The notes beneath the pieces are model-generated. The model saw only the letters and a program-made list of their open reading frames with translations, made no database searches and was not told the origin of the DNA. Made by a program: the position numbers and the translations under genes. A DNA stretch of 64,000 bases. It comes from Promethearchaeota archaeon. GTDB taxonomy: Archaea > Asgardarchaeota > Hermodarchaeia > Hermodarchaeales > Hermodarchaeaceae. The stretch is taken from positions 31,076 through 95,075 of the forward strand of contig JBHLMG010000009.1 of NCBI GenBank assembly GCA_048938385.1, read 5' to 3'. Shown piece after piece: positions 28,828-37,743 of this stretch (position 1 is its first letter; each line of letters opens with the position of its first letter).

Positions 28828-30783
28828 ATGAATACAGAGTTAATGGTGAAAGCCGTGTCACCAATGCTGTCAGCGAAAATGAGCAGTTTTATTGCGATCA
28901 CACTAGATTTTGATGTTGACTCAGCACTTCGCCTTATTGCCCAAACTGGACTCGCTCATTTTTCAGACATCAAACAAAGCAGTCGCAATCTTTCACAAGG
29001 CCTAGAACCTGTGGAACCTTCAGAACGTTTCTATTATCTTTCCAATCTTCTAACCCGCACAACTACCCTCATCAATGATATGAAGGTCAATCGCGGTGGT
29101 AAAATTAAAAATCCTCTAAAGGTCCCTGAAATCCCTGAAGACAGCTATTTAGAATCCATCGAAACGAAACTTAAGAAAATCGAAGATGAATTCGAGGGCC
29201 ATACTCGTAGCTTAGAAATAGCTGCACGGAAAGAGGATAAAGCTTCCAAAAAAGAAGCTAAAAAACATATCAAAGAATTAACCGAAGAGAAACGTCTGGA
29301 GCTATTAGGCTGGGAAGAACTACTCAAACGTGAACACAGCTTGGAAGAGACTAAGACGCTCTTTTACAAAACAAAACGAACCTACATCATGTATGGCTGG
29401 ATTCCCACTAAGAAAATTAAATCTCTGGAGAAAGCTATTGCGCAACAAAAACAAGTCTCCCTTTCCATTGAATTCGAAGCACATAAAGACAAACCAGAAT
29501 CCGGTCACTATCCAGCTGATGTTGGTCCTCTCGAAGGGGAAGTTGCTCCAGAAGAACCAATTGCACCCCCGACAAAACAAACAAATCCCCGTTTTCTCCG
29601 ATCCTTCCAAAACCTTACAAACGCCTTCGGATTACCCAACCACCGTGAAATTGACCCCGCTTGGTTCATGGCACTCGGATTCCCCATAATCTTCGGCCTT
29701 ATGTTTGGCGACATCGGACATGGATTACTCCTCTTCGGTTTTGCTATGATTGGTATGATAGCAAAACGCCGCAATGTTGACGCTGGTGAAATGATCAATT
29801 ACTTCATTCAAGGATCTGGGCTCATCGCACTCATCGCTCTTGTCTCGGTCTTTTTTGGAGTATTATACGGTGAATTTCTTGGTATCGATATCACTTACCT
29901 TCCCATCTACCAGGCACTCAAATACTCACCCTTCGGGCAAGCAATGAAAAATGTCCTAGTCAACCTTTTTCTCTTCTTCGACTTTGATGGTGGAGTAAAT
30001 TGGTTCCTCGACCCGCATAGTCCTTACAACCTCTGGATCCTCGGTGATCCTCATGGTCACCCCACCCCTATCTGGTTCAGCGCCTTCGAAATGCCTGCTA
30101 ACCTCCCCGCCAACATCGCCAATCCTACCTGGATCCTTTTTGTCCTCAGCATCATTATCGGCTTCATCCACCTAAGCATTGCCATTGGGTTCGATGCCAT
30201 CAACAAGCTTCGCCACCGTGACTGGAAACACGCCATCTTCGGTCCCATCATCTGGCTCTATTTCCTATGGGGACTTGCCTTTATGATCTTTCAATTTGGA
30301 ATTAACTTCATGGCTTGGCCACTTATTGAAATGCTCATCGCGCTCATCCTCCCCGCTGTCATCATGTTCCTCGGAGGCATGGTCGCCTTCGGGTTCATGG
30401 ATGGCTTTATGGAAGGTCTCGAGCGTCTTATCGAGAGCATCAGTAACACCATCAGTTACTCTCGAATTCTTGCCCTCAACATGGCACATGCAGGCTTCGC
30501 TAAAACCTTCATCTTTCTCGCAGGCTTTACAGGAGCTGTTGAGCTTTTTAACATCCTCGAACAACTCTTCCCCGCTGGACAACTCAATTTCGGAACCTTC
30601 CTTACATTTATTGGCATGATCATTCTTGGCACTGTCTTCGTCCTCCTCATGGAAGGCCTCCTCTCGTTCATCCATACCCTTCGTCTCCACTGGGTGGAAG
30701 CTTACCTGAAATTCTACGCAGGGACCGGCTACGAGTACAAACCTCTCACCCTACCACAAAAATGGACGACAACGCCTACATAA
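28828..30783 (+). CDS. atpI: A/V-type ATP synthase subunit I (a)
   Basis: GWIP, P..EIDP, FGLMFGDIGHG, SNTISYSRILAL (essential Arg), HTLRLHWVE..KFY. Confidence 0.93.
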   Translation: MNTELMVKAVSPMLSAKMSSFIAITLDFDVDSALRLIAQTGLAHFSDIKQSSRNLSQGLEPVEPSERFYYLSNLLTRTTTLINDMKVNRGGKIKNPLKVPEIPEDSYLESIETKLKKIEDEFEGHTRSLEIAARKEDKASKKEAKKHIKELTEEKRLELLGWEELLKREHSLEETKTLFYKTKRTYIMYGWIPTKKIKSLEKAIAQQKQVSLSIEFEAHKDKPESGHYPADVGPLEGEVAPEEPIAPPTKQTNPRFLRSFQNLTNAFGLPNHREIDPAWFMALGFPIIFGLMFGDIGHGLLLFGFAMIGMIAKRRNVDAGEMINYFIQGSGLIALIALVSVFFGVLYGEFLGIDITYLPIYQALKYSPFGQAMKNVLVNLFLFFDFDGGVNWFLDPHSPYNLWILGDPHGHPTPIWFSAFEMPANLPANIANPTWILFVLSIIIGFIHLSIAIGFDAINKLRHRDWKHAIFGPIIWLYFLWGLAFMIFQFGINFMAWPLIEMLIALILPAVIMFLGGMVAFGFMDGFMEGLERLIESISNTISYSRILALNMAHAGFAKTFIFLAGFTGAVELFNILEQLFPAGQLNFGTFLTFIGMIILGTVFVLLMEGLLSFIHTLRLHWVEAYLKFYAGTGYEYKPLTLPQKWTTTPT

Positions 30784-30798
30784 CCCACGTGACCAATT

Positions 30799-33700
30799 AT
30801 GCTCCAACAACTCCTCCTTAACATGGGTCAAGTCTACACCGCATTTGGTGCTGTTCTCGCGGCTGGACTCGGAGCTGCAGGAGCTGCCATAGGCATCGGC
30901 TACAGTGGAAGCGCCATGATTAGCGCGGTAGCTGAAAAACCTCAATCCTTCAGTAAAAGCATGATCACAGTGGTTCTTGCTGAAGCTCTCGCTATCTATG
31001 GACTCCTCGCCAGTTTCATGCTTCTTATGCGCATCGGGACAATCACTAACGAAGCCCAAGGCCTCGTCGCTCTTGGTGCTGGACTGGCCATCGGTTTATC
31101 GTGCATTGGTGCTGGCATCGGTATCGCACGAGCAGGTAGCGCTATGGCGACAGGCACCGCAGCTGCCCCCGAAACTTTCAGCAAAGCCCTCGTCTCCGTC
31201 GTCCTCGCTGAGGCCCTTGCTATCTATGGGCTTCTCACTAGCTTTATGCTTCTTATGCGCGTCGAAACGGCATCCTACATCGGACAAGGTCTGGTAGCAA
31301 TCGCCGCAGGGTTAGGCATTGGGTTAGCAGCCCTCGGTGCTGGCGTCGGTATATCAAAAACTGGAGCAGCTCTCAACAAAGCCCTAGCTACTGCTCCTGA
31401 AACCTTCAGCAAAGGCTTAGTAGGCGTCGTGTTAGCCGAAGCCCTGGGTATCTACGGCTTGCTCTCGAGTTTCATGCTGCTCATGCGCATTGAAACCGTC
31501 ACACTCCAAAGCCAAGGATTCATAGCAATCGCTGCTGCCTTCGGTGTAGGACTGGCTGCCCTTGGTGCTGGCATTGGTATCGCGTCGAGCGGGGCCTCGT
31601 TATCAGAAAGCCTGACCAAACGCCCAGAAATCTTCAGTAAGGGTTTGGTCAGCGTCGTGTTAGCCGAAGCCCTAGGTATCTACGGCTTGCTCTCGAGTTT
31701 CATGCTGCTCATGCGCATTGAAACCGCTACAGCAATCGCTCAAGGACTAGCTGGAATTGGTGCTGGATTAGCTGTCGGAATCGCAGGTTTTGGGGCTGGT
31801 ATCGGTATTGCCCAAGCCGGTGGCGCACTCAGCAAAGCCCTCGTCGAAGCCCCTGAAGCCTTTAGTAAGGGTTTGGTCAGCGTCGTGTTAGCCGAAGCCC
31901 TGGGTATCTATGGGCTCTTAGCGAGCTTCATGTTGCTCATGCGCATCGAATCCGTCGCAATAGCGGCACAAGGATACCTTGCGGTTGCAGCAAGTCTAGG
32001 TGTAGGTTTAGCAGCATTCGGTGCTGGTATCGGTATCGCCTCCGCAGGAGCAGCCTTATCACAAAGCCTTGTCGATCGTCCTGAAGTATTCAGCAAGGGC
32101 TTGGTCAGCGTCGTGTTAGCCGAAGCCCTGGGTATCTATGGGCTCTTAGCGAGCTTCATGTTGCTCATGCGCATCGAATCCGTCACTGAAATCGGTCAAG
32201 GACTAGTGGGTTTATCTGCTGCACTTGCCATCGGACTTGCTGCAATTGGTGCAGGGTTTGGCATTGCCAAGGCAGGCGCGTCTATTAATAGAACACTTGT
32301 TGTCGCTCCTGAAGCCTTCAGTAAGGGTTTGGTCAGCGTCGTGTTAGCCGAAGCCCTGGGTATCTACGGGTTGTTAGCCAGCTTCATGTTGTTGATGCGT
32401 ATTGAGTCGGTCACAGGGATAGGTCAAGGCTTCATGGGAATGGCAGCCGCTATCTCGGTTGGTATTGCTGGTATTGGCGCGGGTATCGGTATAGCTTTTG
32501 CAGGCCAGGCACTTTCGCAAAGCCTTGGTGAGCGGCCTGAAATCTTCAGTAAAGGTCTAATCGGCGTCGTTCTCGCTGAAGCTCTCGCCATCTATGGTTT
32601 ACTGGCAGGTTTCATGTTGCTGATGCGTATCGACACGATTAACATCGATATCAGTATAGGTATGAGTCAAGGCGTCGTCGGAATTGGCGGGGGCATCGCA
32701 ATTGGGCTCGCGGCATTTGGTGCGGGAATTGGCATTGCCCAAGCAGGCGCAAGCATGTCTCGCACGATCGTTCACGCTCCTGAAACCTTCAGTAAAGGCC
32801 TCGTCAGCGTAGTGTTAGCAGAGGCACTTGGCATCTATGGATTACTAACGAGTTTCATGTTGTTAATGCGAATAGATTCTGTAACTCAAATCGGTCAAAG
32901 TATCATTGCAATTGGTGCTGGACTTGCCATTGGCTTGGCCGCGTTAGGTGCTGGTCTTGGTATTGCGGCCGCTGGCGCTGCCTTGTCACGAAGTCTCGCA
33001 GCACGACCTGAAGTTTTCAGTAAGGGTTTGGTCAGCGTCGTGTTAGCCGAAGCCCTGGGTATCTATGGGCTCTTAGCGAGCTTCATGTTGCTCATGCGCA
33101 TCGAATCCGTGGTTGATTTGACTCCTGGGTTACTTGCCATAGGTGCAAGTGTTAGTATCGGCCTCGCTGCCATTGGGGCGGGTATTGGTATTGCATCAAG
33201 TGGATCTGCTTTATCCGAAGGATTAGTGCATCGCCCTGAGATTTTCAGTAAAGGCTTGGTAGCCGTTGTTTTAGCCGAAGCCCTTGGAATTTACGGACTA
33301 CTTTCAAGCTTCATGCTTCTGATGCGAATAGAAACCGCAACAGCAATTGGTCAAGGCATGGTTGGCATTGGAGCTGGCGCAGCCATTGGGCTGGCAGCAA
33401 TTGGTGGAGGTGTCGGAATTGCTTTATCTGGTGCTGCACTCAGCCACAGTCTTGTAGATGCTCCTGAAGCTTTCTCCAAGGGCTTGGTGAGTGTTGTACT
33501 GGCTGAGGCGCTTGGGATTTATGGCCTATTGATGAGTTTTATGTTAATTATGCGAATTGATACAGTGACCGATCCCAGTCAGGGGTTGATGGCTCTTGGC
33601 ACAGCAGTAGCGGTGGGATTTGCGTGTTTTGGAGCTGGGTTTGGTATTGCTCACGCAGGTTCGGCTCTCGCTAGGACTATCGCCTCGGAGCCAGGCTCTT

Positions 33701-34242
33701 TCAGTAAGGGGTTGGTGGCGGTGGTGTTGGCGGAGGCCCTTGGGATATATGGATTGCTGGTGGGATTTATGGTGGTTATGCGTGTGGAATCGGCCCTATT
33801 GTTAGCACAAGGATGGCTAGCAATTGGTGCAGGGTTGGCCATTGGTATAGCGGGAATTGGGGGCGGTTTGGGTATTGGCTATTCGGGTGGAGCACTGTGT
33901 ACAAGTATTCGATCGGCCCCGGAGACTTTCAGTAAGGGGTTGGTGGCGGTGGTGTTGGCGGAGGCCCTTGGGATATATGGATTACTGACATCATTTATGT
34001 TAGTAATGCGGTTGGATGCAATTGGGGATATTGGTGCATTTATCGGGGTTGCTGCAGCTGCAACGGTCGGATTGGGGACTTTGATGGCAGGGATTGCGAT
34101 TGGTTGGGCTGGGGCAGGATTAATTGGTGGGATTGCGAAGAAACCGGGGATTTTTAGCAAATCGATGGTGCCAGTTGTGCTTGCCGAGGCGCTTGCTATT
34201 TATGCGTTGTTAGTAGCCTTTATGCTTATAATGCGTATTTAA
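30799..34242 (+). CDS. atpK: A/V-type ATP synthase subunit K (c) with 15 fused hairpins
   Basis: 15 copies of a Gly-rich inner helix, xPE/xPG loop and FSKxxxxVVLAEAL(G/A)IYxLL..FM outer helix, ~76-aa period; begins 16 bp after atpI. Confidence 0.95.
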   Translation: MLQQLLLNMGQVYTAFGAVLAAGLGAAGAAIGIGYSGSAMISAVAEKPQSFSKSMITVVLAEALAIYGLLASFMLLMRIGTITNEAQGLVALGAGLAIGLSCIGAGIGIARAGSAMATGTAAAPETFSKALVSVVLAEALAIYGLLTSFMLLMRVETASYIGQGLVAIAAGLGIGLAALGAGVGISKTGAALNKALATAPETFSKGLVGVVLAEALGIYGLLSSFMLLMRIETVTLQSQGFIAIAAAFGVGLAALGAGIGIASSGASLSESLTKRPEIFSKGLVSVVLAEALGIYGLLSSFMLLMRIETATAIAQGLAGIGAGLAVGIAGFGAGIGIAQAGGALSKALVEAPEAFSKGLVSVVLAEALGIYGLLASFMLLMRIESVAIAAQGYLAVAASLGVGLAAFGAGIGIASAGAALSQSLVDRPEVFSKGLVSVVLAEALGIYGLLASFMLLMRIESVTEIGQGLVGLSAALAIGLAAIGAGFGIAKAGASINRTLVVAPEAFSKGLVSVVLAEALGIYGLLASFMLLMRIESVTGIGQGFMGMAAAISVGIAGIGAGIGIAFAGQALSQSLGERPEIFSKGLIGVVLAEALAIYGLLAGFMLLMRIDTINIDISIGMSQGVVGIGGGIAIGLAAFGAGIGIAQAGASMSRTIVHAPETFSKGLVSVVLAEALGIYGLLTSFMLLMRIDSVTQIGQSIIAIGAGLAIGLAALGAGLGIAAAGAALSRSLAARPEVFSKGLVSVVLAEALGIYGLLASFMLLMRIESVVDLTPGLLAIGASVSIGLAAIGAGIGIASSGSALSEGLVHRPEIFSKGLVAVVLAEALGIYGLLSSFMLLMRIETATAIGQGMVGIGAGAAIGLAAIGGGVGIALSGAALSHSLVDAPEAFSKGLVSVVLAEALGIYGLLMSFMLIMRIDTVTDPSQGLMALGTAVAVGFACFGAGFGIAHAGSALARTIASEPGSFSKGLVAVVLAEALGIYGLLVGFMVVMRVESALLLAQGWLAIGAGLAIGIAGIGGGLGIGYSGGALCTSIRSAPETFSKGLVAVVLAEALGIYGLLTSFMLVMRLDAIGDIGAFIGVAAAATVGLGTLMAGIAIGWAGAGLIGGIAKKPGIFSKSMVPVVLAEALAIYALLVAFMLIMRI
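30799..34242 (+). repeat. Intragenic ~228-bp tandem repeat, 15 units
   Basis: Units 5 and 6 share an identical 84-bp segment 228 bp apart (31873-31956/32101-32184); units 5 and 10 share 92 identical bp (31864-31955/33019-33110). Confidence 0.9.
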
Positions 34243-34345
34243 GATTTTGACTGTTTGTACTTTTCTCACGGCTTTTTGTTTATACAGTTGTGTATTACAT
34301 TCGCAGTAATGATCACCAAGCTGACTGTATTCACTAGCATACCTC

Positions 34346-35287
34346 TCATTTTTTTTCTTGAGGAGCAGCGGTTAGAAGGATCGTAGGCGGAGAGGTTTCT
34401 CCATGTTTGTGAATCGCTGCAATAGCTTCATGGAATTCTTCGACAGCATGTTTTCGGTCAGGTTTGGGGATTTTTTGTGAATCAAGCCAAAAAAGCGGAG
34501 GTGTGGCGGCCAACCGGAAATCATGGATAGAGCTTTTCGCTATGGTATATCCTGCCTTCTCAACTAAGATTCGTAATTCATCTTCCGAAAGAAGCGGCAG
34601 ATCACCTTGTTTATGTTTGATCCGAAGGTTATACAGCTGAAGGTGTGCTTCCTGAGCCTTGGTTTTTGCATAGGGTAGAGATTCAGCAATGCTCATGGTT
34701 CCGTGAGGACCGATGATTCGTGCCATTTGACGAAGAGCATCAACGAATACAATGGGAGAGGATAGGTTTCGTATACTATGAATATTGAGACACATAAGCC
34801 CTGTTTTCGATTTGAGAGGAGGGGAGAGAATATCACCGCGAATTCCTAAAGGATTGAGCTGTAATTTCTTCGCAGTGATGATCCAGTTCTGCCACCAGTC
34901 AAATCGTCCTCCTCCGTTCATTAAATCAATCCCCAATGTTAATGCCCCCTGTAAAGCTGCCGCTATAGTTGTATAACCTCTTCCACATCCCACATCTAAC
35001 ACTACGGCATCTTTTGCAATCTCAAGTTTTCTAATCAGAAGCAGCCTTTCTTTACCAATATCTGAGGTTTTGTACAGGTCTCGATATGAAAGGGTAGTTT
35101 TATCGATTAAATCTGCGACAAAATCGGAGCAAATCCTTAAGCGAGTCATGAATTCTTTTGGACTAAGACCGAAAAATGAACGATATGGGGGGAGTTCTAT
35201 ATCCATTTGATGCAAATCCGCTAGTCGTTGTGCCGCTTGCATACAAAGGAGTGCTAAGTTAATGTTCATTATCAGACTTCTCATCAA
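34346..35287 (-). CDS. Class I SAM-dependent methyltransferase
   Basis: VLDVGCGRG, GIDL, RIIGPHG motifs. Confidence 0.8.
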   Translation of the reverse strand: MMRSLIMNINLALLCMQAAQRLADLHQMDIELPPYRSFFGLSPKEFMTRLRICSDFVADLIDKTTLSYRDLYKTSDIGKERLLLIRKLEIAKDAVVLDVGCGRGYTTIAAALQGALTLGIDLMNGGGRFDWWQNWIITAKKLQLNPLGIRGDILSPPLKSKTGLMCLNIHSIRNLSSPIVFVDALRQMARIIGPHGTMSIAESLPYAKTKAQEAHLQLYNLRIKHKQGDLPLLSEDELRILVEKAGYTIAKSSIHDFRLAATPPLFWLDSQKIPKPDRKHAVEEFHEAIAAIHKHGETSPPTILLTAAPQEKK

Positions 35288-35414
35288 ACTGATTGAATTA
35301 GTGTAGTAATCAACCCATCTCTACGGTAGGTATTTCATTGCATCACAAAAAGTATATCCTCTTACTCTTTATGATACGAGAAAGAATTATTGCTCCTATT
35401 CTTAAGGAGGCGTA

Positions 35415-36023
35415 TTGATGCAAGCTAGACCCACAAAACAACAACATCCAGAATTTAACCTAGAAGCCCTTCTATCTCTGCTCGGTCTTCTTCTCGGTTT
35501 CCTATTCATTGTTGTCATTTATGTTCTTGAGAATCCTCAGGAAGTTTTTTCAGCGTGGGGCTTCCCACTCATTTTCTATCTCCTGATATGCTACGCCATT
35601 GGGCTTACTAACATTGCCCTTATCATCAGCCATGAAGTTAATCTATACTTGTTGAATAGACTAGCCACCCTCGATCCAGAAAAAATCCCGGCTGCAAAAT
35701 TTACAGAACTTAGTCAAAACATTCAACGCACTCTTCGACAAAGTATTAAGCTATTCACATTCTTCATTTTTGGATTTGGCTTATTTCTAATTAATTTGGC
35801 GGGTTTCGCAGCAGCCAAAATTTTCTACTCCTTTTTTGCTCTCTTAGAGAGCTTAGTCTTCATACTCTGGAGTCCCTTAGCAGTTCTTCCTGTCCGGTTT
35901 ATTGTTATGTTCTTAGTTCAATTCGTTCTGATTATACCTTTTGCAAGATACCAGGGTCTTATATGGGATTCTTACAAAGCGGTTGAACAAATCCAACTCC
36001 AAAGTATCAATTCAGAACAATAA
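35415..36023 (+). CDS. Hypothetical membrane protein
   Basis: About 4 hydrophobic segments; AAGGAGG SD. Confidence 0.65.
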   Translation: MMQARPTKQQHPEFNLEALLSLLGLLLGFLFIVVIYVLENPQEVFSAWGFPLIFYLLICYAIGLTNIALIISHEVNLYLLNRLATLDPEKIPAAKFTELSQNIQRTLRQSIKLFTFFIFGFGLFLINLAGFAAAKIFYSFFALLESLVFILWSPLAVLPVRFIVMFLVQFVLIIPFARYQGLIWDSYKAVEQIQLQSINSEQ

Positions 36024-36091
36024 TGAACTTCTGGGAGTTTCGAAAGGGTCAAGAACGGTTTCAGCTAAAGTAAATGTGTTAACATAAGGGT

Positions 36092-37138
36092 GTGTCTTCC
36101 ATGACTGAGGATCGCTATAGTCGATTTCGCGTACTAGATGGGATTGGTGGGAATGGGCTTCAGCGTTTGCGTAATGCTCGAGTAGCCGTAATAGGAATTG
36201 GTGGGCTCGGGAGCGTGTCCGCTCGGCAATTAGCATCTCTGGGTGTAGGATTCCTCCGCATTGTTGACCGAGACATTGTAGAATTATCGAATTTACAGCG
36301 TCAACTTCTTTACACGGTAAAGGATGTTGGTAAACCCAAGGTTGAAGTGGCAACAAGACGGTTAAACGAGTTGAATCCCGATGTCACCGTTGAACCGATG
36401 GCTCTTTCAGTAACCGAAGTCACAGCCGATCGTGTTGTGGAGGGGATGGATGTTGTGTTGGATGGGTTGGATAGCTTTAAGCCACGATATGCATTGAATC
36501 GGGCCTGTGTACGTAACAAGATACCTTATGTGTTTGCCGGAGCGCTTGCTGCAGTTGGGAATTTGACAACGATCATTCCTGGACGCACGGCATGTTTAGA
36601 GTGTATCTTCGGTGGGATTGGTGAGGATCAACCGACATGTGCGACAGTTGGTATCTATCCCACGGTCGTAGGGGTCATTGCAAACCTTCAGGTCCAAGAA
36701 GCACTTCACCTTATCTTAGGGCGTTCCCCAATGCTTGCTAATGAATTACTCATGTTTGATATTGAGCGGTTCCGCCTAGACCAGATCCCAATCCAGTCCC
36801 ATGAGAATTGTCCAGTGTGTGGTAAAAATGCTGATCTTAGAGTCCCTGAATTAACTTCTATATTGGAAATCACAGAGTTATGTACTGAAGAGACTTTTCT
36901 TGTACACTCACATGAGGCTATTTCCATTGATATCTTAAAGGCTGCAGAAATTCTTAGTAAATACTACCCTGTTATTGCTCAAAGTACGCTTGGTGTTCAG
37001 GTACAATTTACGCAGGATGTAGAGGTTAGTATCGTCGGTGAAGGAAATCTTCTGATTAAAGGCATTAAATCACCGAAAACCGCAGAAGAAATTTACAATC
37101 AAATCCTCAGAGAAATAAAGGCTGCAGTACTTCCTTAA
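36092..37138 (+). CDS. ThiF/MoeB/HesA E1-like adenylyltransferase
   Basis: RYSR, IGIGGLG, DRDIVELSNLQRQ, CLEC..TCATVG..CPVC. Confidence 0.9.
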   Translation: MSSMTEDRYSRFRVLDGIGGNGLQRLRNARVAVIGIGGLGSVSARQLASLGVGFLRIVDRDIVELSNLQRQLLYTVKDVGKPKVEVATRRLNELNPDVTVEPMALSVTEVTADRVVEGMDVVLDGLDSFKPRYALNRACVRNKIPYVFAGALAAVGNLTTIIPGRTACLECIFGGIGEDQPTCATVGIYPTVVGVIANLQVQEALHLILGRSPMLANELLMFDIERFRLDQIPIQSHENCPVCGKNADLRVPELTSILEITELCTEETFLVHSHEAISIDILKAAEILSKYYPVIAQSTLGVQVQFTQDVEVSIVGEGNLLIKGIKSPKTAEEIYNQILREIKAAVLP

Positions 37139-37356
37139 AATAAGGCGTATACTATGATTGCTGAAGTGGAAATAACTCAAAACTAGAGATGCTATTTTAT
37201 CAGCTTCTTCAGTAGTCGTAATTCTTAGAGGAACTCGCGTTGTAAGAAGAAGGGCTGAGATCAGGTTCAGTAAATTAAGGTCTATGGATGGCCCCGTATT
37301 CTCATTGTAGCTGCTCAAAAGTTTTAACACAGATGGGTTAGGTGTTTGTGAGGTAA

Positions 37357-37725
37357 TTGCCTATGACAACTGATGTATTATATTCTGGAGCCAGTGTGCT
37401 CATTTCTATTAAGGCTACATATCAGGTGCGAGATGAAAGTGGGTTAGTAACAGTGGAAAAAACCTCTGGAGCGCTTGTCTTAACTGAAAAGGAGATAGTG
37501 TTTCTGGAGGTCAAAGGCGTTTTTAAGAAGGAGAGGAAACGATTGCATAGTTTTTCTGTAAAAAACTTAGTCGGGTATAGCTATGAGCAATGGGGTAGTG
37601 GGGATGTCTCGTTCTATTTGATGTATGAAGACGAGTCAGGAACAAGACATAATCTCATCTACAGTTGTAGCAAGAAAAACTATGAGAAGTTCATTGGGAA
37701 AATTAAGGAGCATGGCTTTTTTTAG
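37357..37725 (+). CDS. Hypothetical protein, possible PH/GRAM-like fold
   Basis: GALVLTEKEIVF..G.F pattern, beta-rich with C-terminal helix; GAGGT SD. Confidence 0.55.
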   Translation: MPMTTDVLYSGASVLISIKATYQVRDESGLVTVEKTSGALVLTEKEIVFLEVKGVFKKERKRLHSFSVKNLVGYSYEQWGSGDVSFYLMYEDESGTRHNLIYSCSKKNYEKFIGKIKEHGFF

Positions 37726-37743
37726 ACTTAACGCGCTTATTTG

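Noticed and set aside
22002-33879. Numerous short antisense and alternate-frame ORFs within the membrane-protein genes
   Set aside because: Expected by-products of biased codon usage in hydrophobic genes; no motifs or SD support
30799-34242. Repeats as a CRISPR array, or as a pure assembly artefact
   Set aside because: The period is ~228 bp, in frame, and encodes c-subunit hairpins; there are no cas genes. Each unit has unique sequence, so they are not duplicated copies of one unit, although order and count still merit long-read confirmation
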